Positions 49,901 through 55,578 of a DNA stretch of 64,000 nucleotides are shown here, one piece after another; the first letter of the stretch is position 1, and each line of letters opens with the position of its first letter. Where the stretch lies: positions 265 through 64,264 of the IMG/VR virus record IMGVR_UViG_3300020202_000003. One strand, given 5' to 3'. Source of the DNA: a virus. Lineage: Duplodnaviria > Caudoviricetes. The position numbers and the translations under genes are program-made. The notes under the pieces are model-generated. The model was not told the origin of the DNA and did not search any database. It saw only the letters and a list, made by a program, of their open reading frames with translations.

Positions 49901-52500
49901 TTCTGTGCCTCGGTCGGTTCTGGCAGTGGATTGGTCGGGGAGGTCGCGGCTTGGTGCGCGGAGGACTCTACGACAGATTCGGGCGTGGGGGATGAAGTCT
50001 TCTGCTTGATGAACGATCGCGGGTCAGGCGCAGTGGCAGTTTCTCCCTTCCCCTTCGCCCGGCCAGCTTCGATCACAGCATTCCGGTAATCTTGGGCTAA
50101 CGAGCCGACGTTGTAATCGTGCGGCAGATTCAGAACATGCCGGATCCGGCTCACCGCGTGCTCGACGTCAAACTCGCGATCGCCCTTCGCCGCCTTCTGT
50201 AAGCGGCTGGTAAAGTCAAACAGTTCGGCATGGAGGGGATCGGCAAATTCAATCCGGCGCTGCCCATGCTTCCCGAGGAAGATTGATCGGCTTCGGTCGG
50301 GCGTGGCCTTCTTAGGTTCAGATAGCTCCGGCGTCGGCGCGACTTCGGCGCGACTTGGCGCAACTTCCGGTTTTTCGACTGAAGGTGAGGCGAGTTCAGG
50401 AGTGGGCGTGCGCTCGGGCATCCACTCAGAAACAATGCTGCGTATCAAAGATTGCCGTGCATGACCTTTCAACCCAGAGTCCAACGCACGTTGGATGTCC
50501 TCACCAAAAGCCCGCATGTCATCCACGCTCTTGATCCCGCCAGCGTCATAGACGAGCTTGGCCGATTGCAGATACGCCGATGGCTTCCCGCCTTCAGTGG
50601 TGTCACCTTTTTGCACCTTGTCCCACACGGCTTGGTAATAGTTGTCAGCCATGGCCTTTCCTGCGCCTCCGAGGAGTTGACCCATTTCCTCGGGCGTATT
50701 GGCTAAAGTGGTCGCTTCCGGTGTTGCGGCCAAAGAAGGCGGTGGCTCAATGGGAACAGGTCTCGTCGGAATCGTCGGCGTCTGCACGATGTTCGGCGTG
50801 CGGCCTTCCGGCCCGGTCGGCACCTGTACCGGCGTCATCGGGATCGCCTGCGTCTGCGTAATCGTAGGAGCCAACGGGACCGCTTCCGGTGTTGCGGGGA
50901 TGGGTGGTGCCACAACAGCGGGTTGAGCTGGCGCCGTTGGCTGTCCCGCAACCGGCATGGACTTCTTCACGAGGAACGGCTGCCGCTGCGTAATGTTCAG
51001 GTTGTCGGGAATGCCAGCGACGAGATCCGGCGTCGCGGGCTGTTGAGGCGGCTGTGAGGGAGCCGGTGGTTCGCCTGCAAACGGCGATTCACTCGCCGGC
51101 GCCTCTTTCGCCTGCTGCTGCTTCCGGACCTTCCGACCCTGCAGAATGCCGGTGACCAATCCCGTCACCGCGCCAACAACCCCGCCGGCTTCTGCCGAAA
51201 TGCCCGCGTTCTCAAAGAGGCTGCGATGTTCGTCGTAGAGCTGTTGCGCAATCGCGTTGCTGCCGACCTGCTGACTCCATTCCTGAATCGCTTCCTGTGC
51301 GGCTGTCACGCCGCCTTCCTTCAGGACCTTCATGATGCCGCCGCCCGTCGCAGCATTGAACCGCTTGAAGAGCGCGGCGACCGGCAATCCCTCAGTGGCG
51401 CCCACGGCACTGCCGAAGAGGAAGGCTTTCCGCTTCGTGGCGTCGTCAGCTTTGAACTGTGCGGCTTCTTCGTACTGATCGGCGCCTTGCACACCCGCCC
51501 CGAGCACGGCGGCCGCGGTACCCGGCGCTTTCACGGCGGCCCCCGCGACTCCACCAAAGAGAAACCCGGTCATGCTGCCAAAGGCACGCGGGAGCACGTT
51601 GAGCACAAAATCTTTCTGTCGCGCCGGATCGGTCGGAAAGGTTTTCTTGGCGAGCTGTTCAATCGCGTTCCCGAGCTTATAGGTGAAGCGATCTTCGACC
51701 GCCTTGGGATCTTTGAGCATGTCCGGCAAGAGCGCATCGAGCTCTTTCGACGCAATGGCGACCGACTTCAACGCGCCGGCGGGAATATCGGCCAGGCCTT
51801 GGAAATAGTTGTTCTTCGCTTCATGGAAGGCCTGGGCAAAACTAAGCGGCTTCGGTGGAGCGGCTGGGACCGGTGGCACGGCGGCGTCTGGTGTGAGCCG
51901 GCTGGCTGTCACTCGTACCTCTGGGACTTCAAGTACCGGCTCATCATCCGGCGCGTCGATCAGATGTCCGCTGCTCTTCAACTGCCGCTCAATGAGGTCC
52001 TTTTCTTCCGGCGTCGAGAGGGAGTTGAATTGATCCGGCGACACAATCTCGCGGTTCTTGGTGTCGATGATTTCGCCGTCTTCCACCTGGAAGCGGGCGC
52101 CCGGCACGGTCAACGGCTTCGTTGGCTTCATGACCGTGGGTCGCGGCGGCACCACGGATTCAGGGGTATAACCAGGCTGGGGGACGTCGGGTTTGACGTC
52201 GGGACTGAGGAACGACGGGACACGTCCGATCGTCCGATCAAAGAAGCGTTCGACCTTCGGATAGGGATGGAGTTCCGCTTCTTTCGCACGGGCCTGCTTC
52301 ACCTGATCGGTCAAGGCCAGCCGGTCGGTCTTAAGCTTCGAAAACTCCTGCCGACCGGATTTCAGAAAGGCGTCGGGATTATCGCCCGGCCACTTCCCGA
52401 CTTCTCCCTCGGCCATGACTTGCTCGCGCTCTTCCGTCCGGACTTCATACGGCGCGAGCTTCGAGCGAAAGGCTTCTAAGCGTTCTTCCAGTGTCGCCAT
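40975..52500 (-). CDS. Giant DarB-like polyvalent ejection protein: pyrophosphatase-like, N6-adenine MTase and Strawberry-notch SF2 helicase domains
   Basis: PTEAQKKAGNY.KGH...YGYI.GT.G.D.DHIDVF...DEHK; QQFSTP, LEPSAG.GGL, MNPPF; LGDG.GVGKGRQ, FDEAH, YASAT, QGLGRSHRTNQ. Confidence 0.88.
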   Translation of the reverse strand: MATLEERLEAFRSKLAPYEVRTEEREQVMAEGEVGKWPGDNPDAFLKSGRQEFSKLKTDRLALTDQVKQARAKEAELHPYPKVERFFDRTIGRVPSFLSPDVKPDVPQPGYTPESVVPPRPTVMKPTKPLTVPGARFQVEDGEIIDTKNREIVSPDQFNSLSTPEEKDLIERQLKSSGHLIDAPDDEPVLEVPEVRVTASRLTPDAAVPPVPAAPPKPLSFAQAFHEAKNNYFQGLADIPAGALKSVAIASKELDALLPDMLKDPKAVEDRFTYKLGNAIEQLAKKTFPTDPARQKDFVLNVLPRAFGSMTGFLFGGVAGAAVKAPGTAAAVLGAGVQGADQYEEAAQFKADDATKRKAFLFGSAVGATEGLPVAALFKRFNAATGGGIMKVLKEGGVTAAQEAIQEWSQQVGSNAIAQQLYDEHRSLFENAGISAEAGGVVGAVTGLVTGILQGRKVRKQQQAKEAPASESPFAGEPPAPSQPPQQPATPDLVAGIPDNLNITQRQPFLVKKSMPVAGQPTAPAQPAVVAPPIPATPEAVPLAPTITQTQAIPMTPVQVPTGPEGRTPNIVQTPTIPTRPVPIEPPPSLAATPEATTLANTPEEMGQLLGGAGKAMADNYYQAVWDKVQKGDTTEGGKPSAYLQSAKLVYDAGGIKSVDDMRAFGEDIQRALDSGLKGHARQSLIRSIVSEWMPERTPTPELASPSVEKPEVAPSRAEVAPTPELSEPKKATPDRSRSIFLGKHGQRRIEFADPLHAELFDFTSRLQKAAKGDREFDVEHAVSRIRHVLNLPHDYNVGSLAQDYRNAVIEAGRAKGKGETATAPDPRSFIKQKTSSPTPESVVESSAHQAATSPTNPLPEPTEAQKKAGNYTKGHVRIAGLDISIENPQGSVRTGVDKKGKPWSVEMQSHYGYIRGTKGKDKDHIDVFVKPGTPEDYSGSVYVIDQMDPKTGRFDEHKVILGASSSSEAKQLYSENYADDWKGYDGMRILSLEAFKRWASDPKATQNPIKAYNAPREADPTPDQVTNPLIEKPRSELPIEQNMEMQLRAEKAQADLEIAGKETGRRKILDYDVPGQGGTPEVTSLQSAAPDWYTELTTGPRPLKRQQIETAIQKIIKNHGVDVGAAVERVKEALLRDREFNKTPWGEDADAIARGEWPSWIERPAQKETPPTPDLVLTAPQSGGQAQKSKDTPKASQMSIEIPPETIGSRPIIGREAQPEEAPLFSKAAQEKDAEQTELPATPEAIAATPEPKAPVRETTDGALALAKFVTDQLNKKTAPGVLAFSTADLTKRGDYDFGGTQAQGKYTPKDVHDAMELGINQYMLEYGSSFDPRYKPQPTIADIRRLLDRVPSQQNRRTEEQEEFQQFSTPPDLAYAMNWAANLSPSDVVLEPSAGLGGLAVFAKNAGAYVVMNEFSPRRAELLRSMKIGSVYEENAEQLHNILRQEIQPTVVIMNPPFSSTAGRMQGSRSTANVIPHLEQAFKRLQPGGRLVALIGKWKLWADPKVLEDWLSKMAKSWAYRARVGLSGEGYKKYGTTYDNQIIIFDKIEPDGKAPVIANVSDVLDAVPLLKEVRDARHSPTRVESGRAPHELRSAEPAREEVPAARATGTRSEQPLSDPVGAVGPGPRQAQTPERRVAGDRAGVPGEPVDVGSRKGADVSPRQSGRQAESTPDQAATPQSDVREAGRARGAERTGSAHDGGRDAGLPADEVSQPLAVETVTAEKKSNTDALTDSVYESYTPRKVKIAGAKRHPGKLVESAALSSSDPPDATYKPHLPKSVIDHGKLSDAQLESVVYAGQAHTSTLPNGERRGFFLGDGPGVGKGRQIAAIILDNWQQGRKKTVWISETQNLVNSAVRDWQDLGGKAADIVGLDKFKRDQPIDRPQGILYTTYTTMASGLDVLAGGQLKAKQAKGEKIGVSVKTRLDQVIDWLGKDFDGLIVFDEAHNMQNSLEQESERGESKPAAKALASVTLQQRLPKARIVYASATAATRVDGLAYADRLGLWGEGTPFPTKTDFIQAIEASGLGAMEIVAQNMKGMGSYISRSLDYSDVRCRRVEHKLTPVQREIYDEMAKGWQLVLSNLEKALEETGVMGAGKTGQMKTKNAMAKSAAYGKFWGANQRFFNQILTSMQMPSVIEDMKQQLENGKSLLVQLVNTNEAIMDRQLQSADQSGADLESLDMTPRQNLMQYIEKSFPVAQFEEYTDENKNVRSRIVTDSKGVPVLNAEAVKMRDELLEKLGAMRVPEGPLEIILNTFGPDLVAEVTGRSERVVRLKNDDDGTETVKRQKRSPAAVREDVAAYMEGKKRILVFSDKGGTGESYHADKTKKNQQQRVHYLIQPGWRADKAVQGLGRSHRTNQASAPEWVLSTTDIKGHKRFISTIARRLNQLGALTKGQRQAGSSGLIDAKDNLENGYAVSSVKSFFRDLFRGQVEGMAFKDITSKLGLNNLIDKDGNLLEERIPSVPQFLNRLLSVDLAFQNRLFDHFANRLERAVEYAQAQGTLDVGMETYRADGGITVLDRGVIHEDPTTKAKVELVHLEAKHSVRFTPAESIEKHQDFKRYVRNTNSGKIWAVLYDHTRTKDSGEVVHVTMLQAPNADRYQYVEKADLKRLYTDLEKIEGRKAWEKQIESEPSHTSEKFYMATGSILSVWDRLPKDFAKIRRLQTTDGERLLGRMLREEQAASFKVKLGKGSKTVPKLTPAESFDAVLDDGATLQLANEWKIKRVRLNNEPRIEIEGSDVYRSAEQLKQYGAFAERVQYATRYFIPTDKTLGERVLEKILKFKPIIEVIRRGAEILKEERGSVPVSTKPTYAGEAARYRQQRAQEDLIGFQSADQEIEQRVREAKKGIRPESLYARLKNHTARVWKLVSREFEELPDTAEFSVLRNDLLRLNKYKGIAADKIQRDLADIIKPLSRKQYDQLEWKALLADLQREAEQGHALPFGYTPEKVDTDLARLDELIAQDPKVQEAWTKRQQLWDRLKANYKASMEAIGFDVSKKLTKQDYFRHQVLEHAKQRAVSGTGSKVRTPTGRGFLKSRKGSTYDINANYVQAEFEVMAQMVYDTQLAKVIKNVDRHHNIRKSLEQEAKSLNRQALADLIAENEEAGALIDIQMKEFKKRIGMHMAMLKKALELDKDDELSMEQIAEIADDLESPGNLSARGVLKAISERKAYTKDLLGPKFMTWDRLVPDTHEIWQPREGNVFYMADSIPANLMKALQEGMLEEAGFPIEKLRKVLAQGGAREEYVIPKEAAATLDGLAKPAPSWFVEMNRQLLGHWKQLMLIAPRKVIRYNVRNLTGDADALFVGNPSAFKRLPQAAKELIPVIFKEAQLTGEAKEWAERGGYGTTLQFQELGDLNDLKAFQKTLDQSSKGGVLSIPAKTWNAYWKTARLATDYREAMMRYAAYLDYLKQMQANNGRPKNFGASRPETVMALPDIRDRAFKLSNELLGAYDRVSVAGQTIRNFWIPFYSWMEVNSTRYFRLVKNALDGGNAGALRRGAVVSTVQAAGFMIRLSAFWGMLQAWNYLMFGDDEEELRLANPTVANRPHILFGRDDNGKIQYLSGVGALGDLLSWFGLDAFPGLVGDIMHDRMTIGEAIKNTVKAPVNKIWQGLTPAVKMPLEMAVRESTYPDVFNPRPINDRVDYLGHQVTLGPELGALRGKPGKPLYGVEDLTGLLVQRSDPKGAAYSTWNGIERKYLERMGKDSSAVFWRSPRGEALANWGRAMADKDANAQATWAAEYERLEREKHGKKFSRAKMWHDMEQSLRAKAPLAGVNKAERAAIVAQLDTKERQTLKKAEQYYRDVIMQVLPVERRHRFEHRLEDQGWLTPDHDYTPELAF
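47349..47771 (-). CDS. Nested alternative-frame gene inside the giant protein (140 aa)
   Basis: AAGGAGGT SD 5 nt before ATG; globular helical composition while the host frame is a low-complexity linker. Confidence 0.7.
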   Translation of the reverse strand: MLATAQPALSPEELHTNYDPLNQLAKKYLRLEQQVPDPSSLYLIQLAQWGLDHGKLKLPSDEWRATVQASLENLLTWDPEKALTYLRDNPDDKQSPLLTKRQLRKAMSAKQAARVVLNALDLRMTVDETLDYPPTKYPNR

Positions 52501-52502
52501 GG

Positions 52503-53249
52503 TTAGTAGGGCGTCGTGAGCGCGTCCATAAACCCGCTCTGAATGAACCGGTCAAACTGCTCGTCGCCATCATCGCCCCCCCACGGATCTTCAGGGAGGG
52601 GATCTTTCGGCCCAATCTTCACCCCATACTTCTGGAGACGAGAACGCAATTCATTCTTGGCGCGTTCGGCCTGCTCAAAGCGTTTGGCCTGTTCCCGCAC
52701 GAGCGCCAGCGTGCGCGGATCGTCGGGTGGATAGAGTTCGGGATAGGTCTTCTGCAAGTTCTCCAGGTCCTCCATGGCGCCGACGTGGCGGTTGAGGTCG
52801 TTGTAGAGCTTGCTATATTCCCGCGCCTGCTTCCGCCGCATCCGCCGCGAATCGACGGCTTTGCGATAATTCTGCGCGGCACGCTTGGTCTTCTCGTACA
52901 TGGCGCGGCGTTCCGGCGTCATCCAGTCCGGTCCCCCGGCGCGTGGCTTCGTTGGCTGTCCCATCATCTGATCCGGTCGAGCGGCGACCGAATGCACCAT
53001 CGACGGATCCGGCCCGGACTCCCGGTCCATCGGCATCGCCTCCGGCATCGCGCCCGGCATCGGTTCCGCACCTCCACCGCGCATCGCGAGCGCTTCGGCT
53101 GGCGACATCCCGCCGCCTGCGGGTGGCCCCTCGCTTACTGTCGGGATCGTGAGTCCCGGTTGTGGCGGCATTGCCGATCCGCCATATTCCTCGCCCGGGT
53201 TGATCTCGTAGCGTTCCCCACGCAGTAGTTGTAACGCGCCCATGGTCAC
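52503..53249 (-). CDS. Putative internal virion/ejection protein
   Basis: P/G/M-rich N-terminus and helical C-terminus; precedes the giant protein. Confidence 0.6.
   Translation of the reverse strand: MTMGALQLLRGERYEINPGEEYGGSAMPPQPGLTIPTVSEGPPAGGGMSPAEALAMRGGGAEPMPGAMPEAMPMDRESGPDPSMVHSVAARPDQMMGQPTKPRAGGPDWMTPERRAMYEKTKRAAQNYRKAVDSRRMRRKQAREYSKLYNDLNRHVGAMEDLENLQKTYPELYPPDDPRTLALVREQAKRFEQAERAKNELRSRLQKYGVKIGPKDPLPEDPWGGDDGDEQFDRFIQSGFMDALTTPY
53134..53153. repeat. 20-bp palindromic motif, copy L (intragenic)
   Basis: CTTACTGTC-GG-GATCGTGAG. Confidence 0.6.
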
Positions 53250-53258
53250 ACTCCTTTC

Positions 53259-53807
53259 TTAGAACGGTCGACGAAAGCCACTCCGCATCATCGACATCGG
53301 CGGCAGTGGGGTGTTGGGACGAACCACGTTCGGCTGACGAACGCCTGGGCTGGCCGGTGGTGCGGCCGGTCTGGCGGCCATGGGTCCGGCTGGTGCCGGT
53401 TCCGTCGGTGAGGGAAAACTGCGTCCTCGTCCCGGTTCCGTCGGACTCCCCATTGTCCGCCCTAAGGCGAGCGTTTCGCCGGGCGTCATTCCGCCACCGC
53501 GCGTGGTATAGGTCGGTTCCTGCTTTCCGAAAATGCGATCCATGAACCCCTGCTTGGGGGCCGGACGGGTCACTTGATACGGCTGCCCGCTGCCATCGGT
53601 AGTCACGCTCGCATTCGGGTCGCCTGGCGCGGAGGCTTCCCCCTCGAGCGGAGATGGGCCACCGTAGAACCCGTCCTTCCAGGCCTGATCGAGCGCCAAC
53701 CGATCGTAGAAATGCTTGTCCTCCTGCTTCATCCGCATGACCGGTAACGCAAACCCGGCGATCTGCTGCACGCCCTGTGCTAACCCTTGTCCGACTCCGT
53801 ATGCCAT
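53259..53807 (-). CDS. Putative internal virion/ejection protein
   Basis: MAYGVGQGLAQGV glycine-rich N-terminus, GAGGAGG RBS. Confidence 0.6.
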   Translation of the reverse strand: MAYGVGQGLAQGVQQIAGFALPVMRMKQEDKHFYDRLALDQAWKDGFYGGPSPLEGEASAPGDPNASVTTDGSGQPYQVTRPAPKQGFMDRIFGKQEPTYTTRGGGMTPGETLALGRTMGSPTEPGRGRSFPSPTEPAPAGPMAARPAAPPASPGVRQPNVVRPNTPLPPMSMMRSGFRRPF

Positions 53808-53821
53808 GATGTCCTCCTCTC

Positions 53822-53850
53822 TTGACGAAACGCCCCTGTGGGCCTACTGT
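53822..53850 (+). promoter_or_regulatory. Sigma70-type promoter for a leaderless moron gene
   Basis: TTGACG-17-TACTGT; ATG at 53857 lies at the expected +1. Confidence 0.7.
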
Positions 53851-53856
53851 ATGAGT

Positions 53857-54114
53857 ATGTGGCTCATCCTCTCACTGGCTCTCACGTTGACTGGCTGCGC
53901 CTCGTATGGCTTCGACGAGGCCTATCGTCAGTACAATGTCCGGCCCTGTACCCATAACTGCTGGGATGTCCTCCCACTCTCGGACATGCGCCCTCGCCGC
54001 TTTTACGATCCGTCACGTTCATGGCAGATGCTTCGGACTCCCTCCGGTGCGCTGTATCATCGCTACGGCAACATGATCGTCGGTCCTTCCGGGGACCTCA
54101 CCACCGTCTACTAA
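53857..54114 (+). CDS. Lipoprotein moron (possible superinfection exclusion)
   Basis: MWLILSLALTLTG|C lipobox; opposite strand to the tail module. Confidence 0.72.
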   Translation: MWLILSLALTLTGCASYGFDEAYRQYNVRPCTHNCWDVLPLSDMRPRRFYDPSRSWQMLRTPSGALYHRYGNMIVGPSGDLTTVY

Positions 54115-55172
54115 AGTGCCAGCGCCATCGCGGGCGTCAGTGGCTCCTCGTCCAACACCCAATAGTCGGCATCGACGTCTCGGCCTTTCACGAGCCGATC
54201 CAGCTCGCGAATGCTTCCCGTGAGCAAACCTAAATACGACACCAGATCCACGGCCTTTCCATTCGACACGGTGCGCGGCATCTTGTCGGCCATGGCGCCG
54301 ATATGCTTCGTGCCGTCGTGCTTATACTTCCATTTCTTGACCGGCATCCGTCGCAGCGCGGCCAACAGTTCCGCGTCACTCACCGGCTCAATGTCCGTTT
54401 TCGCGTCGGGATCGGACAGGAACGCCATCCCGGCCATCCCAGCGAGGCCCAGCCCCGCACTGATATACCCCGCGCGATCCTGGCCGGCCGCCACGTTGCT
54501 TTGATATTGCATGCCGCGCGTGTAGTTGTCCTGATCCCGCGCCGACGACAGGGATTGCTGCGCCGGGATCAACATGCGGGCCTGTGCGGCAAACGGGTTT
54601 TCGATCTGGCTCGCTTCGACGGAGCGGCTATTCTGGCGGTTCAAGGCCAACGCTTCCGCCGTTGTGAGCATGTCGCGCTGCTCGGCTTCCTGCAGCGCAA
54701 TCCGGTTCCGATCGAACGCCTCTTGCTTTAAGGTGCCGGCCGTGGAGTGTTTGTGGCCCGGCCCCCCCTTCCGATACAGTTCTTCATCGAGGCGTTGCTG
54801 CCCCAATTGAAATTCCCGCTGCAGCGTCTTACTGACGGGTAGTTCCCCCTTGAGCGCCTTCTGACTGCGCTCCAACTGCATGCGCTCAATATCGCGCTTC
54901 ATTTGCGTCAGGCTCGGGTCCACATCCTCATAGGTCTTCGTGTCCGGGTTGTATCGGAGCCCAGCCCGCTCCAAAAGAATGGGCTCCAACTTTTTGCTTC
55001 GGTTGGCGTTCTGAGTCTGCAGATCCAACAGCATATTCTGCTTTCTGACCAAGTTCGGATCTGCCGCGGGGACCTCCGGTCCATCCCCACCCTTCAAGAC
55101 AGGGAACAAGCGCCCGTCGTCGAGCACGACAAATTCGAGCCCGTTCTGCCACACCCGGTTATGCTGCGCCAT
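54111..55172 (-). CDS. Internal virion protein with C-terminal peptidase S74 (intramolecular chaperone) domain
   Basis: SDPDAKTDI...W.YK...HIG.MA; glycine-rich TM-like segment before it; leader ending FPVLKGG. Confidence 0.75.
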   Translation of the reverse strand: MAQHNRVWQNGLEFVVLDDGRLFPVLKGGDGPEVPAADPNLVRKQNMLLDLQTQNANRSKKLEPILLERAGLRYNPDTKTYEDVDPSLTQMKRDIERMQLERSQKALKGELPVSKTLQREFQLGQQRLDEELYRKGGPGHKHSTAGTLKQEAFDRNRIALQEAEQRDMLTTAEALALNRQNSRSVEASQIENPFAAQARMLIPAQQSLSSARDQDNYTRGMQYQSNVAAGQDRAGYISAGLGLAGMAGMAFLSDPDAKTDIEPVSDAELLAALRRMPVKKWKYKHDGTKHIGAMADKMPRTVSNGKAVDLVSYLGLLTGSIRELDRLVKGRDVDADYWVLDEEPLTPAMALAL

Positions 55173-55578
55173 GATGATGCCCTCCATATCGACTCACAAG
55201 ATCCTTCACGGTCTTCGGCAGGTGCGCGCGGTCGGCTACTTTGCGGAAATGCCAATGGTCTGCCGTCTCGGCGTACAGTTCCGCGCCGACCATCTCCGTC
55301 CATTGCCGCATCGCCCAATTCCCTTTCCGAATCACTTGTAACCAGCCGACAATGCCCTCGGCTTCCAAGTGATGTTCCAGCCGGTTGATTTCCCCCAGGA
55401 GTCGGCGAATCCCGTCCCGATGCCCGTCGAGTGGTGGCAAGCTATCCAACTGCACCCATACCTGATTCGCCTGGGAAATTCGCTTTTGCACCCCAAACAA
55501 TGGCCACTCCTCATGATCCTGGAGCCCACAGCGTTCGAGCCACGCGAGCTTGCGCTGCTGGTACCAACAGGCCCTCAT
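55159..55578 (-). CDS. GNAT-like protein (T7 gp13-like position)
   Basis: I..GN.AM..W....G motif; lies between nozzle and ejection genes. Confidence 0.55.
   Translation of the reverse strand: MRACWYQQRKLAWLERCGLQDHEEWPLFGVQKRISQANQVWVQLDSLPPLDGHRDGIRRLLGEINRLEHHLEAEGIVGWLQVIRKGNWAMRQWTEMVGAELYAETADHWHFRKVADRAHLPKTVKDLVSRYGGHHHGAA

Noticed and set aside
1648-53153. Palindromic repeats as a CRISPR array or terminators
   Set aside because: Dispersed over >50 kb, not regularly spaced; AT-rich stems with a 2-nt centre and no U-tract; no cas operon
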